From Methanopyrus kandleri AV19 (lineage in GTDB: Archaea; JAADCQ01; Methanopyri; Methanopyrales; Methanopyraceae): a stretch of DNA of 32,000 nucleotides. Positions 1-9,204 of the stretch are shown one piece after another; within the stretch, counting starts at the first letter, position 1; every line of letters starts with the position of its first letter. A model generated the notes under the pieces. That model did not search any database. It was not told the origin of the DNA and saw only the letters and a program-made list of their open reading frames with translations. The stretch covers positions 1,200,001 through 1,232,000 of the forward strand of contig NC_003551.1 in assembly GCF_000007185.1 (NCBI RefSeq). The letters run 5' to 3'. The translations under genes and the position numbers were made by a program.

Positions 1-1
1 G

Positions 2-250
2 GGACGGCGCGTCTCGGGGTTACGGATAGCACCCACCGGGGACGACCGACGGGACGGGCTGGTGAGACTGGCCCTGAGATGGCTCGCCGCGAACCCTTCG
101 GCGTCGATCGAGGGGTCCTGGCCCGGCAAGACGGACGCGTTCCTGGAGTACGCGGAGGAGGCCCGGAAACTCATCGACTACCTGGATCGTCTCGGTCACC
201 TCTCGATTCCAGCACATTCCGGACGATCTCCTCGAGCTTGGAGTCGGTGA
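2..250 (+). CDS. Partial CDS (3' end) of an unidentified protein entering from the left window edge
   Basis: Frame is open from nt 2 to TGA at 248-250. Codon third positions are strongly G/C-biased, as in confirmed genes. Tail ...SWPGKTDAFLEYAEEARKLIDYLDRLGH looks protein-like. No family recognised. It would overlap the convergent 171-1364 gene by 80 nt, so support is weak. Confidence 0.3.
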   Translation, partial: GRRVSGLRIAPTGDDRRDGLVRLALRWLAANPSASIEGSWPGKTDAFLEYAEEARKLIDYLDRLGHLSIPAHSGRSPRAWSR

Positions 251-1364
251 CCCTGACACGCCGGTCCCCGAGCGCCTTGATCCGCTTGAGGACCTCCTCG
301 ACGATCTCCTCCTCCGGTTCCACGCCCAGTTCCTCCAACTTCGCGACCACCGCCTTCCGCCCGGTGTGCTTACCGAGGACGATCTTCCGGTTCATACCCA
401 CCTCCTTGGGGTCGATCGGCTCGTAGGTGCGCGGCTCCTCCAGAACCGCGGCCACGTGGATCCCGGACTCGTGCCTGAAGGCGTTCTCGCCCACGACGGC
501 CTTGTTCGGGGGCACGTCGATACCGGAGTACTCCGAGACCTTCCTCGAGAGCTCCGCGAGCACCTCGGTGTTGAACCCCGGGTCGATCCCGTACAGCTCC
601 TTGAGGGCCATGATCACCTCCTCGAGGGCTGCGTTACCCGCGCGCTCACCGATACCGTTCACCGTGGTGGAGATCGCCTGCGCCCCCGCCTCGACCGCGG
701 CCAGCGAGTTGGCCACGGCCATGCCGAAGTCGTCGTGGCAGTGCACGCCGATCGGCAGGTCCACGACCTCGCGGATCTTCGCCACGAAAAGCCGCATCGC
801 CGCCGGTATCATGACGCCGACGGTGTCCGTCGCGTGGACGCGGTCCGCCCCGCACTCCTCCGCCGTCCGGTACACCCTCTCCAGGAACTCGAACTCCGTC
901 CTCGTCCCGTCCTCCGCGGAGAACGCCACCCACAGCCCGTGGTCCTTCGCGTACTCGACCGTGTCGGCGATCCGCTCGAGTACCTCCTCCCTCGACATCC
1001 GGAGCTTGTGCTTCAGATGCAGCTCGGAGGTGGCGATGAAGGTGATCACTCCGTCCACGTCGCAGTCCAACGCCGCGTCCACGTCACCACGTAGCGTCCT
1101 CGCCAGGCATAGAATGTCGGCGTTCAGTCCCTCGTGCGCGATCCTACGCACGGCGTCCCGCTCGCCCTCGGACACCACCGGGAACCCGGCCTCGATCTGC
1201 TGCACGCCCAGCTCGTCCAGTAGGTGCGCGATCTCCAGCTTCTGCTCGGGCGTGAAGCTGACACCCGGGGTCTGCTCACCGTCCCTCAGCGTCGTGTCGT
1301 AGACGATCACCTCGTCCGGGAGGTCCATCTCCCTAACGGCTTCACGTACGTACGGACTCTGCAC
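171..1364 (-). CDS. aksA: Homocitrate / 2-isopropylmalate synthase family enzyme, short AksA/NifV type
   Basis: 397 aa. HMGL-like TIM-barrel motifs VYDTTLRDGEQTPGV, GVHCHDDFGMAVANSLAAVEAGA, TVNGIGERAGNAALEEV and FRHESGIH. Lacks the C-terminal LeuA-dimer regulatory domain of long LeuA/CimA, as in methanogen AksA. The symbol is a reasoned guess from length and architecture. Confidence 0.85.
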   Translation of the reverse strand: MQSPYVREAVREMDLPDEVIVYDTTLRDGEQTPGVSFTPEQKLEIAHLLDELGVQQIEAGFPVVSEGERDAVRRIAHEGLNADILCLARTLRGDVDAALDCDVDGVITFIATSELHLKHKLRMSREEVLERIADTVEYAKDHGLWVAFSAEDGTRTEFEFLERVYRTAEECGADRVHATDTVGVMIPAAMRLFVAKIREVVDLPIGVHCHDDFGMAVANSLAAVEAGAQAISTTVNGIGERAGNAALEEVIMALKELYGIDPGFNTEVLAELSRKVSEYSGIDVPPNKAVVGENAFRHESGIHVAAVLEEPRTYEPIDPKEVGMNRKIVLGKHTGRKAVVAKLEELGVEPEEEIVEEVLKRIKALGDRRVRVTDSKLEEIVRNVLESRGDRDDPGSR

Positions 1365-1368
1365 GTGC

Positions 1369-1722
1369 TCACCCCTCCAAGTCGTACGCGACCTCTAACC
1401 GCTCCAGGGTTACGACGCCCACGCCGAGACGCTCTTTGAGGAGCTCCAGCAGGCGCTCGACCTTCTCCCGACTGTCCACCACCTCGACGACCACGGGCAG
1501 GTTCATCGACGTCCTGAGGATGCGCGCCTCCGAGCGCCCGCGGCGGCCGCAGCCCGCGAAGCAGCGGTGCACGGTGGCCCCTCTCAGTCCGAGCTCGCGC
1601 ACGCGTTCGAGGATCCAGTCCACCGCGGGCACCCCATCGACCTTGTCTCCTTCCAACAGGTACACCTTCAGTTTCACCGGTTCTTCGATCTTCCTGACCA
1701 ACCTCACGCCCTCCCCGACCAT
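1369..1722 (-). CDS. DUF190 (UPF0166) PII-like protein, the usual CrcB partner
   Basis: 117 aa. Motif LGLRGATVHRCFAGCGRRG is typical of DUF190. It lies immediately downstream of crcB. An alternative GTG start at 1707 would form a GTGA overlap with the crcB stop (1704-1706). Confidence 0.75.
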   Translation of the reverse strand: MVGEGVRLVRKIEEPVKLKVYLLEGDKVDGVPAVDWILERVRELGLRGATVHRCFAGCGRRGRSEARILRTSMNLPVVVEVVDSREKVERLLELLKERLGVGVVTLERLEVAYDLEG

Positions 1723-2099
1723 ACCACGTGCGCCGCCGCCATGCCGCCGAGCACGGCCGCGATCCCGAGCACGACGTTAGCTGTTAAGTAAAGAATGGAG
1801 AGTACCGGCGAGGCCTTCAACAGCTCCACGGTCTCGTACGCCATCGTGCTCAGCGTGGTGAGGCCCCCGCAGAACCCCACCGTCGCGAGCGCGCGGACCT
1901 CTGGGGAGAGCCGCAGGCCGAGCATCGTCGACCAGGTGAGGAACCCTAGGACGAACGACCCGAGGACGTTCACGAGGACCGTCCCCATCGGGAACCCGCG
2001 CACCTGCGGTACGAGACCGGACAGTAAGTAGCGACAGACCGCCCCCAGCGCGCCTCCGATCGCCACGGCGGCCAGCTCCCGGGCCCCGATCTTCACCAC
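1704..2099 (-). CDS. crcB: Fluoride ion channel CrcB/FluC
   Basis: 131 aa, four hydrophobic segments. Motifs GGALGAVCRY, GTVLVNVLGSFVLGF and GFCGGLTTLSTM. Confidence 0.9.
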   Translation of the reverse strand: MVKIGARELAAVAIGGALGAVCRYLLSGLVPQVRGFPMGTVLVNVLGSFVLGFLTWSTMLGLRLSPEVRALATVGFCGGLTTLSTMAYETVELLKASPVLSILYLTANVVLGIAAVLGGMAAAHVVWSGRA

Positions 2100-2105
2100 C
2101 CCTCC

Positions 2106-2915
2106 TCAGAGCATCTTGGCTGCGAGCGGCACGAGGAGCGCGATCCCACCCAACAGCAGACACACTTTCGAGAAGTCGAGACGTCTCGCCACCCGCAGCA
2201 GCACTTCCATGCAGATCAGACTCACGACGAAGGACACCCCGATCGCCGTCACCATCCACGACGTGCCCATTTTCGTGGCCGCGCTCAGCCCCTCCTTGAG
2301 CTCTAAGGCCGTCGCGCCCAGCATCGCCGGACCGGCCAGGTAGAACGACAGCCACACGGCCTCTCCACCGTCGAACCTACGCCAGAGCAGGAGCGCCATC
2401 GTCGTACCGGACCGGCTGATCCCCGGGATCACCGAGAACCCCTGTCCCAGGCCCACGATGACGGCGTCCACGACGTTGACTTCCCTGCGATCCCTCAGCC
2501 CCTCGGGCGATATCCGCAGGAGGAGTCCCGTGACGATCAGGGCGCCTCCGATGGCCATCTGGACCGCGTCTCCCGTGGCGGCCGAGAAGATCCCCTTCAA
2601 CACCTTGTACACCGGGAGCCCGACGACGGCCGTACAGACCGTGGCGACGATCGCGAACAATCCTAATCGCCGCCACGGCCCGCCCATCAGCAGGTCCCTC
2701 ACCGTCAGCCAGTACGGGACACCGAACCGTAACAGCACGGCGAGCAGCGTGCCGGCGTGCAGCCAGAGCGCCAGGTCCATCGCGGTCGAGGGCGGGATCC
2801 CGAGTACCTTCATCATCGTCATCGTCGCCTGACCTTCGCTGCTGATCGGTAACCACTCCGTGATACCTTGCACCACGCCGGCCAGGACGGCGGTCCATAA
2901 CTCGATCTCCCGCAC
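2106..2915 (-). CDS. uppP: Undecaprenyl-diphosphatase (UppP/BacA family)
   Basis: 269 aa polytopic membrane protein. Motifs GITEWLPISSEGQ (E..LP.SS.G) and PGISRSGTTM (PGxSRSGxT). GTG start at 2915 preceded by GGAGGGG. Confidence 0.85.
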   Translation of the reverse strand: MREIELWTAVLAGVVQGITEWLPISSEGQATMTMMKVLGIPPSTAMDLALWLHAGTLLAVLLRFGVPYWLTVRDLLMGGPWRRLGLFAIVATVCTAVVGLPVYKVLKGIFSAATGDAVQMAIGGALIVTGLLLRISPEGLRDRREVNVVDAVIVGLGQGFSVIPGISRSGTTMALLLWRRFDGGEAVWLSFYLAGPAMLGATALELKEGLSAATKMGTSWMVTAIGVSFVVSLICMEVLLRVARRLDFSKVCLLLGGIALLVPLAAKML

Positions 2916-3139
2916 CCCCTCCGCCGCCGCGACCGCCCGAGGTTAAATCTCTGTTCGGAATCCGGAGTCGGAAGGCGATTACCGTAATCTGACGCCGCGG
3001 GTCGGGTATCTCCACGAGCGGTCGGAAGGTCCGATTCGCCGTTCGACGTCGAAGCCCGCGTCTGCACTCCGTCCCGGTCCTCGGGCCCTTCGCGGAAAAC
3101 CTTTCCGACGGTCGCGATCACGCTCCTGGGGGCATCGGG

Positions 3140-3412
3140 TTGACCCGCGCGGTGGTGACCGTGATCGGTGCGGATCGACCCGGTATCGTCGCCGGAATCT
3201 CGAGCGTCCTGGCCGAACATAACGCGAACATCGAGGACATCTCCCAGACGGTACTGCGCGACCTGTTCGCGATGGTCATGCTCGTCGACCTCTCCGAGGC
3301 CGACGTGAGCGTGGGTAAGCTGAGGGAGGAGCTCCAAAAGGCCGGCGAAGAGCTCGGTGTCGACGTGATCGTTCAGCATGAAGACGTGTACCGCGCGATG
3401 CACCGGGTGTAG
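3140..3412 (+). CDS. ACT-domain protein (UPF0237 family)
   Basis: 90 aa. VVTVIGADRPGIVAGISSVLAEHNANIEDISQTVLRDLFAMVMLVDL is a classic ACT fold signature. TTG start with GGGGG 9 nt upstream. Paired with the UPF0210 gene, as in many genomes. Confidence 0.85.
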   Translation: MTRAVVTVIGADRPGIVAGISSVLAEHNANIEDISQTVLRDLFAMVMLVDLSEADVSVGKLREELQKAGEELGVDVIVQHEDVYRAMHRV

Positions 3413-3417
3413 GTCCC

Positions 3418-4770
3418 ATGTCCAGTCTGGACGTGGAGGAGGTCATCGAAACCATCGAGATGATCCGGATGCGGAACCTCGACGTCCGCGCGGTGACGCT
3501 GGGGATCAACCTCCTGGACCGCGCTCACCCGGATCCGGAGGAGCTGGCGCGGGACGTCCGCGAGAAGATCGTCGAGGTCGCCGGTGACCTCGTGGAGGTC
3601 GTGGAGGAGGTGGAGGACGAGCTCGGAGTGCCGATCGTGAACAAGCGGATCGCCGTCACACCGTGCTCCATCGTGGCCGCGTCCGCCGTCCGGAAGGAGG
3701 GACGCGAGGCCGTCCTGACCCTCGCGGAGGCGTTGGACGAGGCGGCGGAGGAGGTCGGCGTCGACTACCTCGGCGGGTACACGGCTCTCGTCTACGACGG
3801 GTTCACGGAGGCGGACGAGGCCGTACTGGACACGATCCCGGAGGCCATCGAGGGGACGGAGCGGCTCTGCGCGTCGGTCGTGGTCGCGGACGAGCGCTAC
3901 GGGATCAACATGGACGCGGTGTACAGGACCGCGGAGGCCGTCAAGGAGACCGCGGAACGTACCGATGGACACGGTTGTGCCAGACTCGTGGCGCTGACCA
4001 ACGCCCCCGAGAACACGCCGTTCATGGCTGGGGCGTTCCACGGGGTCGGACAGCCCGAGGCGTGCGTCAACGTGGGGATCTCGGGACCGGGTGTCGTCCG
4101 GGCCGTCGTCGAGGAGCTGAAGGACGTCGACTTCCGGACGCTGCACGACGAGATCAAGCGGACCGCGTTCAAGATCACCCGGGTCGGCGAGCTGGTGGGC
4201 CGGCGGGTGGCGGAGCGCCTCGGGGTGGAGTTCGGGGCCGTGGACCTGTCGCTGGCTCCGACCCCCGAGGAGGGCGACAGCGTCGCGGAGATCCTGGAGG
4301 GGATCGGCCTCGAGTCGTGCGGTTGTCCCGGGAGCACGGCCGCGCTGCACCTACTGATGGACGCTGTCAAGAAGGGTGGAGCGGCCGCGACCTCGAGACA
4401 CGGCGGTTACAGCGAGGCGTTCATCCCGGTGAGCGAGGACGCCGGGATGGCCCGCGCGGCGGAGGAGGCCCTCACCCTCGAGAAGCTCGAGGCCATGACC
4501 GCGGTGTGCTCCGTGGGGATCGACATGGTAGTCGTACCCGGCGACACCCCGGTCGAGACCATCGCCGGTATCATCGCGGACGAGGCGGCGATCGGCGTGG
4601 TCACGGGCAAGCCGACGGCAGTCAGGATCATCCCGGCGCCGGGCAAGGAGCCCGGGGACGAGTTCGAGATGGGCGGACTGCTCGGCCGGGCACCGGTCAT
4701 GGACGTCTCGGACTACCGACCTACCATGTTCCGCAGGGACGGTCGGATACCGCCTAAGTTCCCACGATAA
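3418..4770 (+). CDS. UPF0210 (DUF711, PFL-like fold) protein of unknown function
   Basis: 450 aa. The N-terminus IETIEMIRMRNLDVRAVTLGINLLD matches the UPF0210 family signature. Follows the ACT gene after 5 nt. Confidence 0.85.
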   Translation: MSSLDVEEVIETIEMIRMRNLDVRAVTLGINLLDRAHPDPEELARDVREKIVEVAGDLVEVVEEVEDELGVPIVNKRIAVTPCSIVAASAVRKEGREAVLTLAEALDEAAEEVGVDYLGGYTALVYDGFTEADEAVLDTIPEAIEGTERLCASVVVADERYGINMDAVYRTAEAVKETAERTDGHGCARLVALTNAPENTPFMAGAFHGVGQPEACVNVGISGPGVVRAVVEELKDVDFRTLHDEIKRTAFKITRVGELVGRRVAERLGVEFGAVDLSLAPTPEEGDSVAEILEGIGLESCGCPGSTAALHLLMDAVKKGGAAATSRHGGYSEAFIPVSEDAGMARAAEEALTLEKLEAMTAVCSVGIDMVVVPGDTPVETIAGIIADEAAIGVVTGKPTAVRIIPAPGKEPGDEFEMGGLLGRAPVMDVSDYRPTMFRRDGRIPPKFPR

Positions 4771-4837
4771 CGGCCGATGACGAGCCTGCCCCGGCGGGAT
4801 CGGTGACGAGGATTGGCCTTTCCGAGGCCCGACGGGG

Positions 4838-5845
4838 GTGAACGCGTCGCCGACCGTCGTGGTAATCCCCGGGGACGGGATCGGGCCGGAAGTCATCGAC
4901 GCGGCCCTGAAGGTCGTGCGGGCGGTTCTGGGTGACGAACTCGAGATCGTGGAGGAACAGGCCGGGTACTCGCTGTGGAAGAAGAGGGGAGTCACGATCG
5001 AGGACGAGACGATCGAGCGCTGCCGCGAGGCGGACGCCATGCTCTTCGGCGCGTGCACGACTCCGGAGGACCCGGAGGCCAAGAGTCCCATCGTGACGCT
5101 GCGGAAAGAGCTCGGACTCTACGCCAACGTCCGTCCCGCTCGCTCCTGGCCCGTACCGCGACCTGTCGACACCGAGTTCGACCTGGTGATCGTCCGGGAG
5201 AACACCGAGGGTCTCTACACCGGATGCGAGTGCGAGATCCACGACGGTGTTACCGTCGCCCTGCGTAAGATCTCCGAGGAGGGTACGCGCAGGGTCGCTG
5301 AGGTCGCCTGCGATCTCGCCGAGGAGCGCTCCGGTCGCGTGACGATAGTGCACAAGGCCAACGTGCTGAAGCTCACGTGCGGAACGTTCAAGCGCGTCGC
5401 GGCGGAAACCGTGGAGCGTCGCGGTCTGGAGTGGGACGACGAGTACGTGGACGCGGCGGCGTACAAGCTGGTGCGTGAGCCGGACAGCTTCGACGTGATC
5501 CTCACCTCCAACCTGTTCGGGGACATACTCTCGGACCTGGCGGCGGGTCTGATGGGGAGCCTCGGGCTCGCACCCAGCGCGAACCTGGGGGACGACGCCG
5601 CCCTATTCGAGCCTGTACACGGGTCGGCACCCGACATCGCGGGTAAGGGGATCGCGAACCCGGTGGCGGCGATCCTCTCGGCCGCCATGATGCTGGATCA
5701 CCTCGGGTACGGGGAGGAGGCTCGGATCATCGAGCGTGCCGTCGAGGAGGTGCTGCGCGAGGGCGTGAGGACTCCCGACCTCGGCGGTTCCGCGACCACG
5801 GAGGAGGTGGCCGAGGCGATCGCGGAGCGTGTGGCTACCGGGTGA
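4838..5845 (+). CDS. Isocitrate/3-isopropylmalate/homoisocitrate dehydrogenase family enzyme (LeuB or AksF type)
   Basis: 335 aa. Motifs VVIPGDGIGPEV, VRENTEGLY, NLFGDILSDLAAGLMGSLGLAPSANLG and HGSAPDIAGKGIANP. Substrate specificity cannot be read from sequence alone. Confidence 0.9.
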   Translation: MNASPTVVVIPGDGIGPEVIDAALKVVRAVLGDELEIVEEQAGYSLWKKRGVTIEDETIERCREADAMLFGACTTPEDPEAKSPIVTLRKELGLYANVRPARSWPVPRPVDTEFDLVIVRENTEGLYTGCECEIHDGVTVALRKISEEGTRRVAEVACDLAEERSGRVTIVHKANVLKLTCGTFKRVAAETVERRGLEWDDEYVDAAAYKLVREPDSFDVILTSNLFGDILSDLAAGLMGSLGLAPSANLGDDAALFEPVHGSAPDIAGKGIANPVAAILSAAMMLDHLGYGEEARIIERAVEEVLREGVRTPDLGGSATTEEVAEAIAERVATG

Positions 5846-6266
5846 GCGGGGGGCGTAGGGCGACCGGCTCGTACCTGGGATCACCCCCGAGCTCCACGAG
5901 GGCCACCTCGGGTAGCTCCTTAACCCTGCGTGCGAACTCCTCGCTGCGTCCCTCGATCAGCAGCTCGGCTAGCTCCGAGGCGAGCTCGATTCTATCCCGG
6001 AAGCAGCACCTCTCGGTCTCGGCCACGGCCGGGTCGTTGAAGGTAATCACCACGGGTTCTTCCCCACCGAGCCTCCTGCCGACCTCCTCGGATCGCACCT
6101 CCAGGTACGTCGGGTCCTCCGTGAGCTCCAGCACCCGGGAGTCCGCGTCGTACCTGACGGTGTCCCCGGAAACCGACTCCAGCCCCCTCGCGCTCTCCAT
6201 CGCGAGCCGCAGGAGGTCCCGACACGTCGCGGACCGGAAGACCTTAACCCGGGGGCCCTTGGACAT
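5835..6266 (-). CDS. Hypothetical protein (ORFan, 143 aa)
   Basis: ATG-initiated ORF with protein-like E/L/R/V-rich composition and G/C-rich third positions. No motif recognised. Its ATG (6266-6264) shares nt 6266 with the TTG start of the divergent Rpp29 gene. Its 3' end overlaps the dehydrogenase gene by 11 nt. Confidence 0.5.
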
Positions 6267-6589
6267 TGCCGATCACCCCGCGCAACATCGTCCGACACGA
6301 GCTCATTGGCCTGGAGTGTCGGGTGGTGAAGTCGCTCGGGCCCCCGTACGAGGGCCTGGAAGGCAGGATCGTGGACGAAACGAAGAACACCCTGGTGTTG
6401 AAGACGGAGTCCGGTGAAAAGGTTATAGTGAAAGATCAGGTGCTGCTCGAGCTCAAGCTTCCGTCGGGCGAGAGGGTACGCGTTGACGGTGCCCTGCTCG
6501 TGGGTCGTCCGGAGGAAAGGCTTTCTAAGCGGATCAAATACGCGGAGGTCGTGCGCGGTAGGTTCGATCCGGAGGACTACCTGGATTGA
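6266..6589 (+). CDS. rnp1: Ribonuclease P protein component 1 (Rpp29/Pop4)
   Basis: 107 aa. [21 protein letters not shown]...[13 protein letters not shown]...GRPEERL matches archaeal Rpp29. It sits in the conserved position just upstream of S17. Confidence 0.9.
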
Positions 6590-6603
6590 CGGGGGAGTAT
6601 CGA

Positions 6604-6942
6604 ATGGCGAAAGACATCGGGCTCGGCGTCAAGCCACCGCGGAGGGAGTGCGACGATCCGAACTGCCCGTTCCACGGTAACCTGAGGGTCCGTGGGATGA
6701 TCCTCGAGGGTGTCGTGGTGAGCGACCGGATGGACAAGACCGTGATCGTGGAGCGCGAGTACTACCGGTACGACCGGAAGTACGAGCGTTGGGAGCGTAG
6801 ACGCTCCAGGATCCCGGCCCACAACCCGCCCTGCATCGACGCCCAGGAAGGTGACAAGGTCCGGATCGCGGAGTGCCGGCCCCTGAGCAAGACGAAGAGC
6901 TTCGTCGTGATCGAAGTCCTCGAACGTGCACAGGAGAGGTAG
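6604..6942 (+). CDS. rps17: 30S ribosomal protein S17 (uS17)
   Basis: [12 protein letters not shown]...[11 protein letters not shown]...[20 protein letters not shown] moved the start from the ORF-track TTG (6586) to ATG 6604, because the SD GACGGGGGAG lies 6 nt upstream of that ATG. Confidence 0.93.
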   Translation: MAKDIGLGVKPPRRECDDPNCPFHGNLRVRGMILEGVVVSDRMDKTVIVEREYYRYDRKYERWERRRSRIPAHNPPCIDAQEGDKVRIAECRPLSKTKSFVVIEVLERAQER

Positions 6943-6954
6943 GGGTGAGCCGCC

Positions 6955-7356
6955 GTGAAGGCGATTAAGGCGAAGTCCCCGCATGCCGCGCTACCGGTGG
7001 GCGCGCGGCTGGTCTGCGCGGACAACACGGGTGCCAGGGAGCTCCAGATCATCGCCGTGAAGGGCTACAAGGGCGTCCGTAGGAGGCTACCGAACGCCGG
7101 GATCGGCGACATGGTAGTGTGCTCGGTGAAGGAAGGTACTCCGGACATGCGAAAGGAAGTCGTGAACGCCGTCATCGTGCGTCAGCGCAAGGAGTACCGC
7201 CGTCCCGACGGAACGCGCGTGAAGTTCGAGGACAACGCGGCCGTCATCGTGACGCCGGACGGAGCCCCGCGAGGCTCCGAGATCAGGGGCCCCGTGGCCA
7301 AGGAGGCCGCGGAGCGCTGGCCCAGGATCGGTAGCATCGCGAGCATCATCGTCTAG
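6955..7356 (+). CDS. rpl14: 50S ribosomal protein L14 (uL14)
   Basis: 133 aa. [20 protein letters not shown]...[25 protein letters not shown] start with TAGGGGTGA SD fused to the S17 stop. Confidence 0.96.
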   Translation: MKAIKAKSPHAALPVGARLVCADNTGARELQIIAVKGYKGVRRRLPNAGIGDMVVCSVKEGTPDMRKEVVNAVIVRQRKEYRRPDGTRVKFEDNAAVIVTPDGAPRGSEIRGPVAKEAAERWPRIGSIASIIV

Positions 7357-7370
7357 GGGGGACGTCACCC

Positions 7371-7820
7371 TTGCGCTGGACGAAGTCCAGTCAGCCGAGG
7401 AAGCAGCGTAAGGCCTTCTTCAACGCCCCGCTACACAAGCGCCAGAAGCTCATGAGCGCCACGCTCCACCCGGAGCTCAGGAAGAAGTTCAACCGTCGGA
7501 GCCTGCCGGTCCGGAGGGGAGACATGGTCAGGATCATGCGCGGTGACTTCAAGGGTCACGAGGGCGAGGTCGTCGAGGTGGACCTGAAACGCCTACGTAT
7601 CTACGTGGAGGGTGCCACGATCGAGAGGGCGAACGGAGAGAAGGTGTACTACCCGATCCACCCCTCGAACGTGATGATCATCGAGCCGAACCTGGACGAC
7701 CCGATGCGGCGTAAGATCATAGAGCGCTCCGGTGGCACCCCCGAGGTCGAGGCCGTACCCGAGAAGTCCGAAGAGGAGAAGGAGGAGAAAGAGAAAGAGG
7801 AGGAAAAGTCCGAGGAGTGA
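7371..7820 (+). CDS. rpl24: 50S ribosomal protein L24 (uL24) with acidic K/E-rich C-terminal extension
   Basis: 149 aa. KOW region [27 protein letters not shown] start after TAGGGGGGAC. The C-terminal ~20 aa are [19 protein letters not shown]. Confidence 0.95.
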   Translation: MRWTKSSQPRKQRKAFFNAPLHKRQKLMSATLHPELRKKFNRRSLPVRRGDMVRIMRGDFKGHEGEVVEVDLKRLRIYVEGATIERANGEKVYYPIHPSNVMIIEPNLDDPMRRKIIERSGGTPEVEAVPEKSEEEKEEKEKEEEKSEE

Positions 7821-7834
7821 GGGGGTGAACTCGC

Positions 7835-8617
7835 TTGGGTCGCGCGCGTAGTGGTCCGAAGCGTCACGTGAAGCGTCTCGCGGCCCCGTACGCCTGGCCG
7901 ATCCCGAGGAAGGAAGGTGGTAAGTTCGCACCGAGGCCGTACCCCGGACCGCACACCATGGACACGAGCGTGCCGCTGCTGATCCTGGTACGCGACATGC
8001 TGGGATACGCCGACTACGCCCGGGAGGCCCGGAAGATCATCACGCGCGGTGAGATCTACGTCGACGGCGTGGTGAGGAAGGAGCCGAAGTTCCCGGTGGG
8101 CATCATGGACGTGGTGGAGATCCCGCGCACCGGGGACAGGTACCGCGTGGTCATGAACGAGCACCACCGCCTGGACGTCGTGCCGATCTCCGAAGAGGAG
8201 GCCAGGGTGAAGGTCTGCCGGATCAAGAACAAGACCTACGTGAGGGGCGGCAACCTCCAGATCACGATGCACGACGGTAAGAACTGGCTCGTCGAGATCG
8301 AGGACCCGACGGACCCGAAGGAGGATGTCTACAGCGTGGGAGACAGCCTCGTGCTCGAGCTCCCGGAGCCGGACAGCGGTGAGAGCTGGAAGGTCGTGGA
8401 TCACATCCCGTTCGAGGAAGGTGTCTGGGTGTACGCGATGACCGGCCGACACTCGGGCGAGGTGGGTCGTGTCGTCGAGATCCAGACATTCGAGGGTCCG
8501 CAGGAGGACCTCATCACCGTCGAGAACCCGGAGGGAGACCAGTTCCAGACCACGAAGGGCCGGCTCATCGCGATCGGTAAGGACGAGCCGCTGGTCACCG
8601 TGAGGAAGGAGGAGTAG
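7835..8617 (+). CDS. rps4e: 30S ribosomal protein S4e (eS4)
   Basis: 260 aa. GPKRHVKRLAAPYAWPIPRKEGGKFAPRP...LVRDMLGYADYAREARKII. TTG start after TGAGGGGGTGA. Confidence 0.96.
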   Translation: MGRARSGPKRHVKRLAAPYAWPIPRKEGGKFAPRPYPGPHTMDTSVPLLILVRDMLGYADYAREARKIITRGEIYVDGVVRKEPKFPVGIMDVVEIPRTGDRYRVVMNEHHRLDVVPISEEEARVKVCRIKNKTYVRGGNLQITMHDGKNWLVEIEDPTDPKEDVYSVGDSLVLELPEPDSGESWKVVDHIPFEEGVWVYAMTGRHSGEVGRVVEIQTFEGPQEDLITVENPEGDQFQTTKGRLIAIGKDEPLVTVRKEE

Positions 8618-8629
8618 GGGGAGCTCCCG

Positions 8630-9190
8630 TTGTCCGTCGTCGACGAGGAGACCCGGCGTAAGATCCTGGAGGACTGGGAGAGCAACCCGATGCGGAAGCC
8701 GCGCGTGGGTAAGGTCACCGTGAACATAGGCGTCGGCGAGTCCGGGGACCGGCTACAGAAGGCCTACGAGCTCCTCCAGGAGCTCACCGGGCAGAAGCCC
8801 GTCTACACCCGGGCCAAGCAGACGAACCCGAGCTTCGGGATCCGACGCGGCCAGCCCATCGGAGTGAAGGTGGACCTGCGTCGGGAGCAGGCGATCGAGT
8901 TCCTCGACTGGACGCTGGACGCCGTCGACAGGGAGCTCCACGAGTCGCAGTTCGACGAGTTCGGTAACGTGTGCTTCGGTCTGGAGGAGCACATCGCCCT
9001 CGAGGGCGTCGAGTACGACCCGGAGATCGGTATCTTCGGTATGGACATCGCCGTGACCCTGGAGCGCCCGGGCTTCCGGGTTATGAGGAGACGCCGCTGT
9101 CGTCGCCCCGTCCCGCGCCGGCACCGGCTGACCAAGGAGGAGGGCATAGTCTTCATGGAGGAGGAGTTCGACGTGGAGGTCCTGCCCTGA
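8630..9190 (+). CDS. rpl5: 50S ribosomal protein L5 (uL5)
   Basis: 186 aa. [24 protein letters not shown]...[16 protein letters not shown]...[15 protein letters not shown]. Confidence 0.96.
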   Translation: MSVVDEETRRKILEDWESNPMRKPRVGKVTVNIGVGESGDRLQKAYELLQELTGQKPVYTRAKQTNPSFGIRRGQPIGVKVDLRREQAIEFLDWTLDAVDRELHESQFDEFGNVCFGLEEHIALEGVEYDPEIGIFGMDIAVTLERPGFRVMRRRRCRRPVPRRHRLTKEEGIVFMEEEFDVEVLP

Positions 9191-9204
9191 GGGGGTGACC
9201 CGGA

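Noticed and set aside
2100-2105. Fluoride riboswitch upstream of crcB
   Set aside because: Only 6 nt separate crcB from the upstream uppP stop, so there is no room for a riboswitch. crcB appears co-transcribed with uppP.
3373-4350. Long antisense ORFs opposite confirmed genes (also 9335-9931, 12380-13189, 14191-15153, 18756-19772, 20251-20925, 27580-28383, 30727-31437 and many shorter ones)
   Set aside because: All have R/G/P/D/H-rich, low-complexity translations with no family signatures. Each lies opposite an ORF with clear conserved motifs, so they are GC-bias artefacts.
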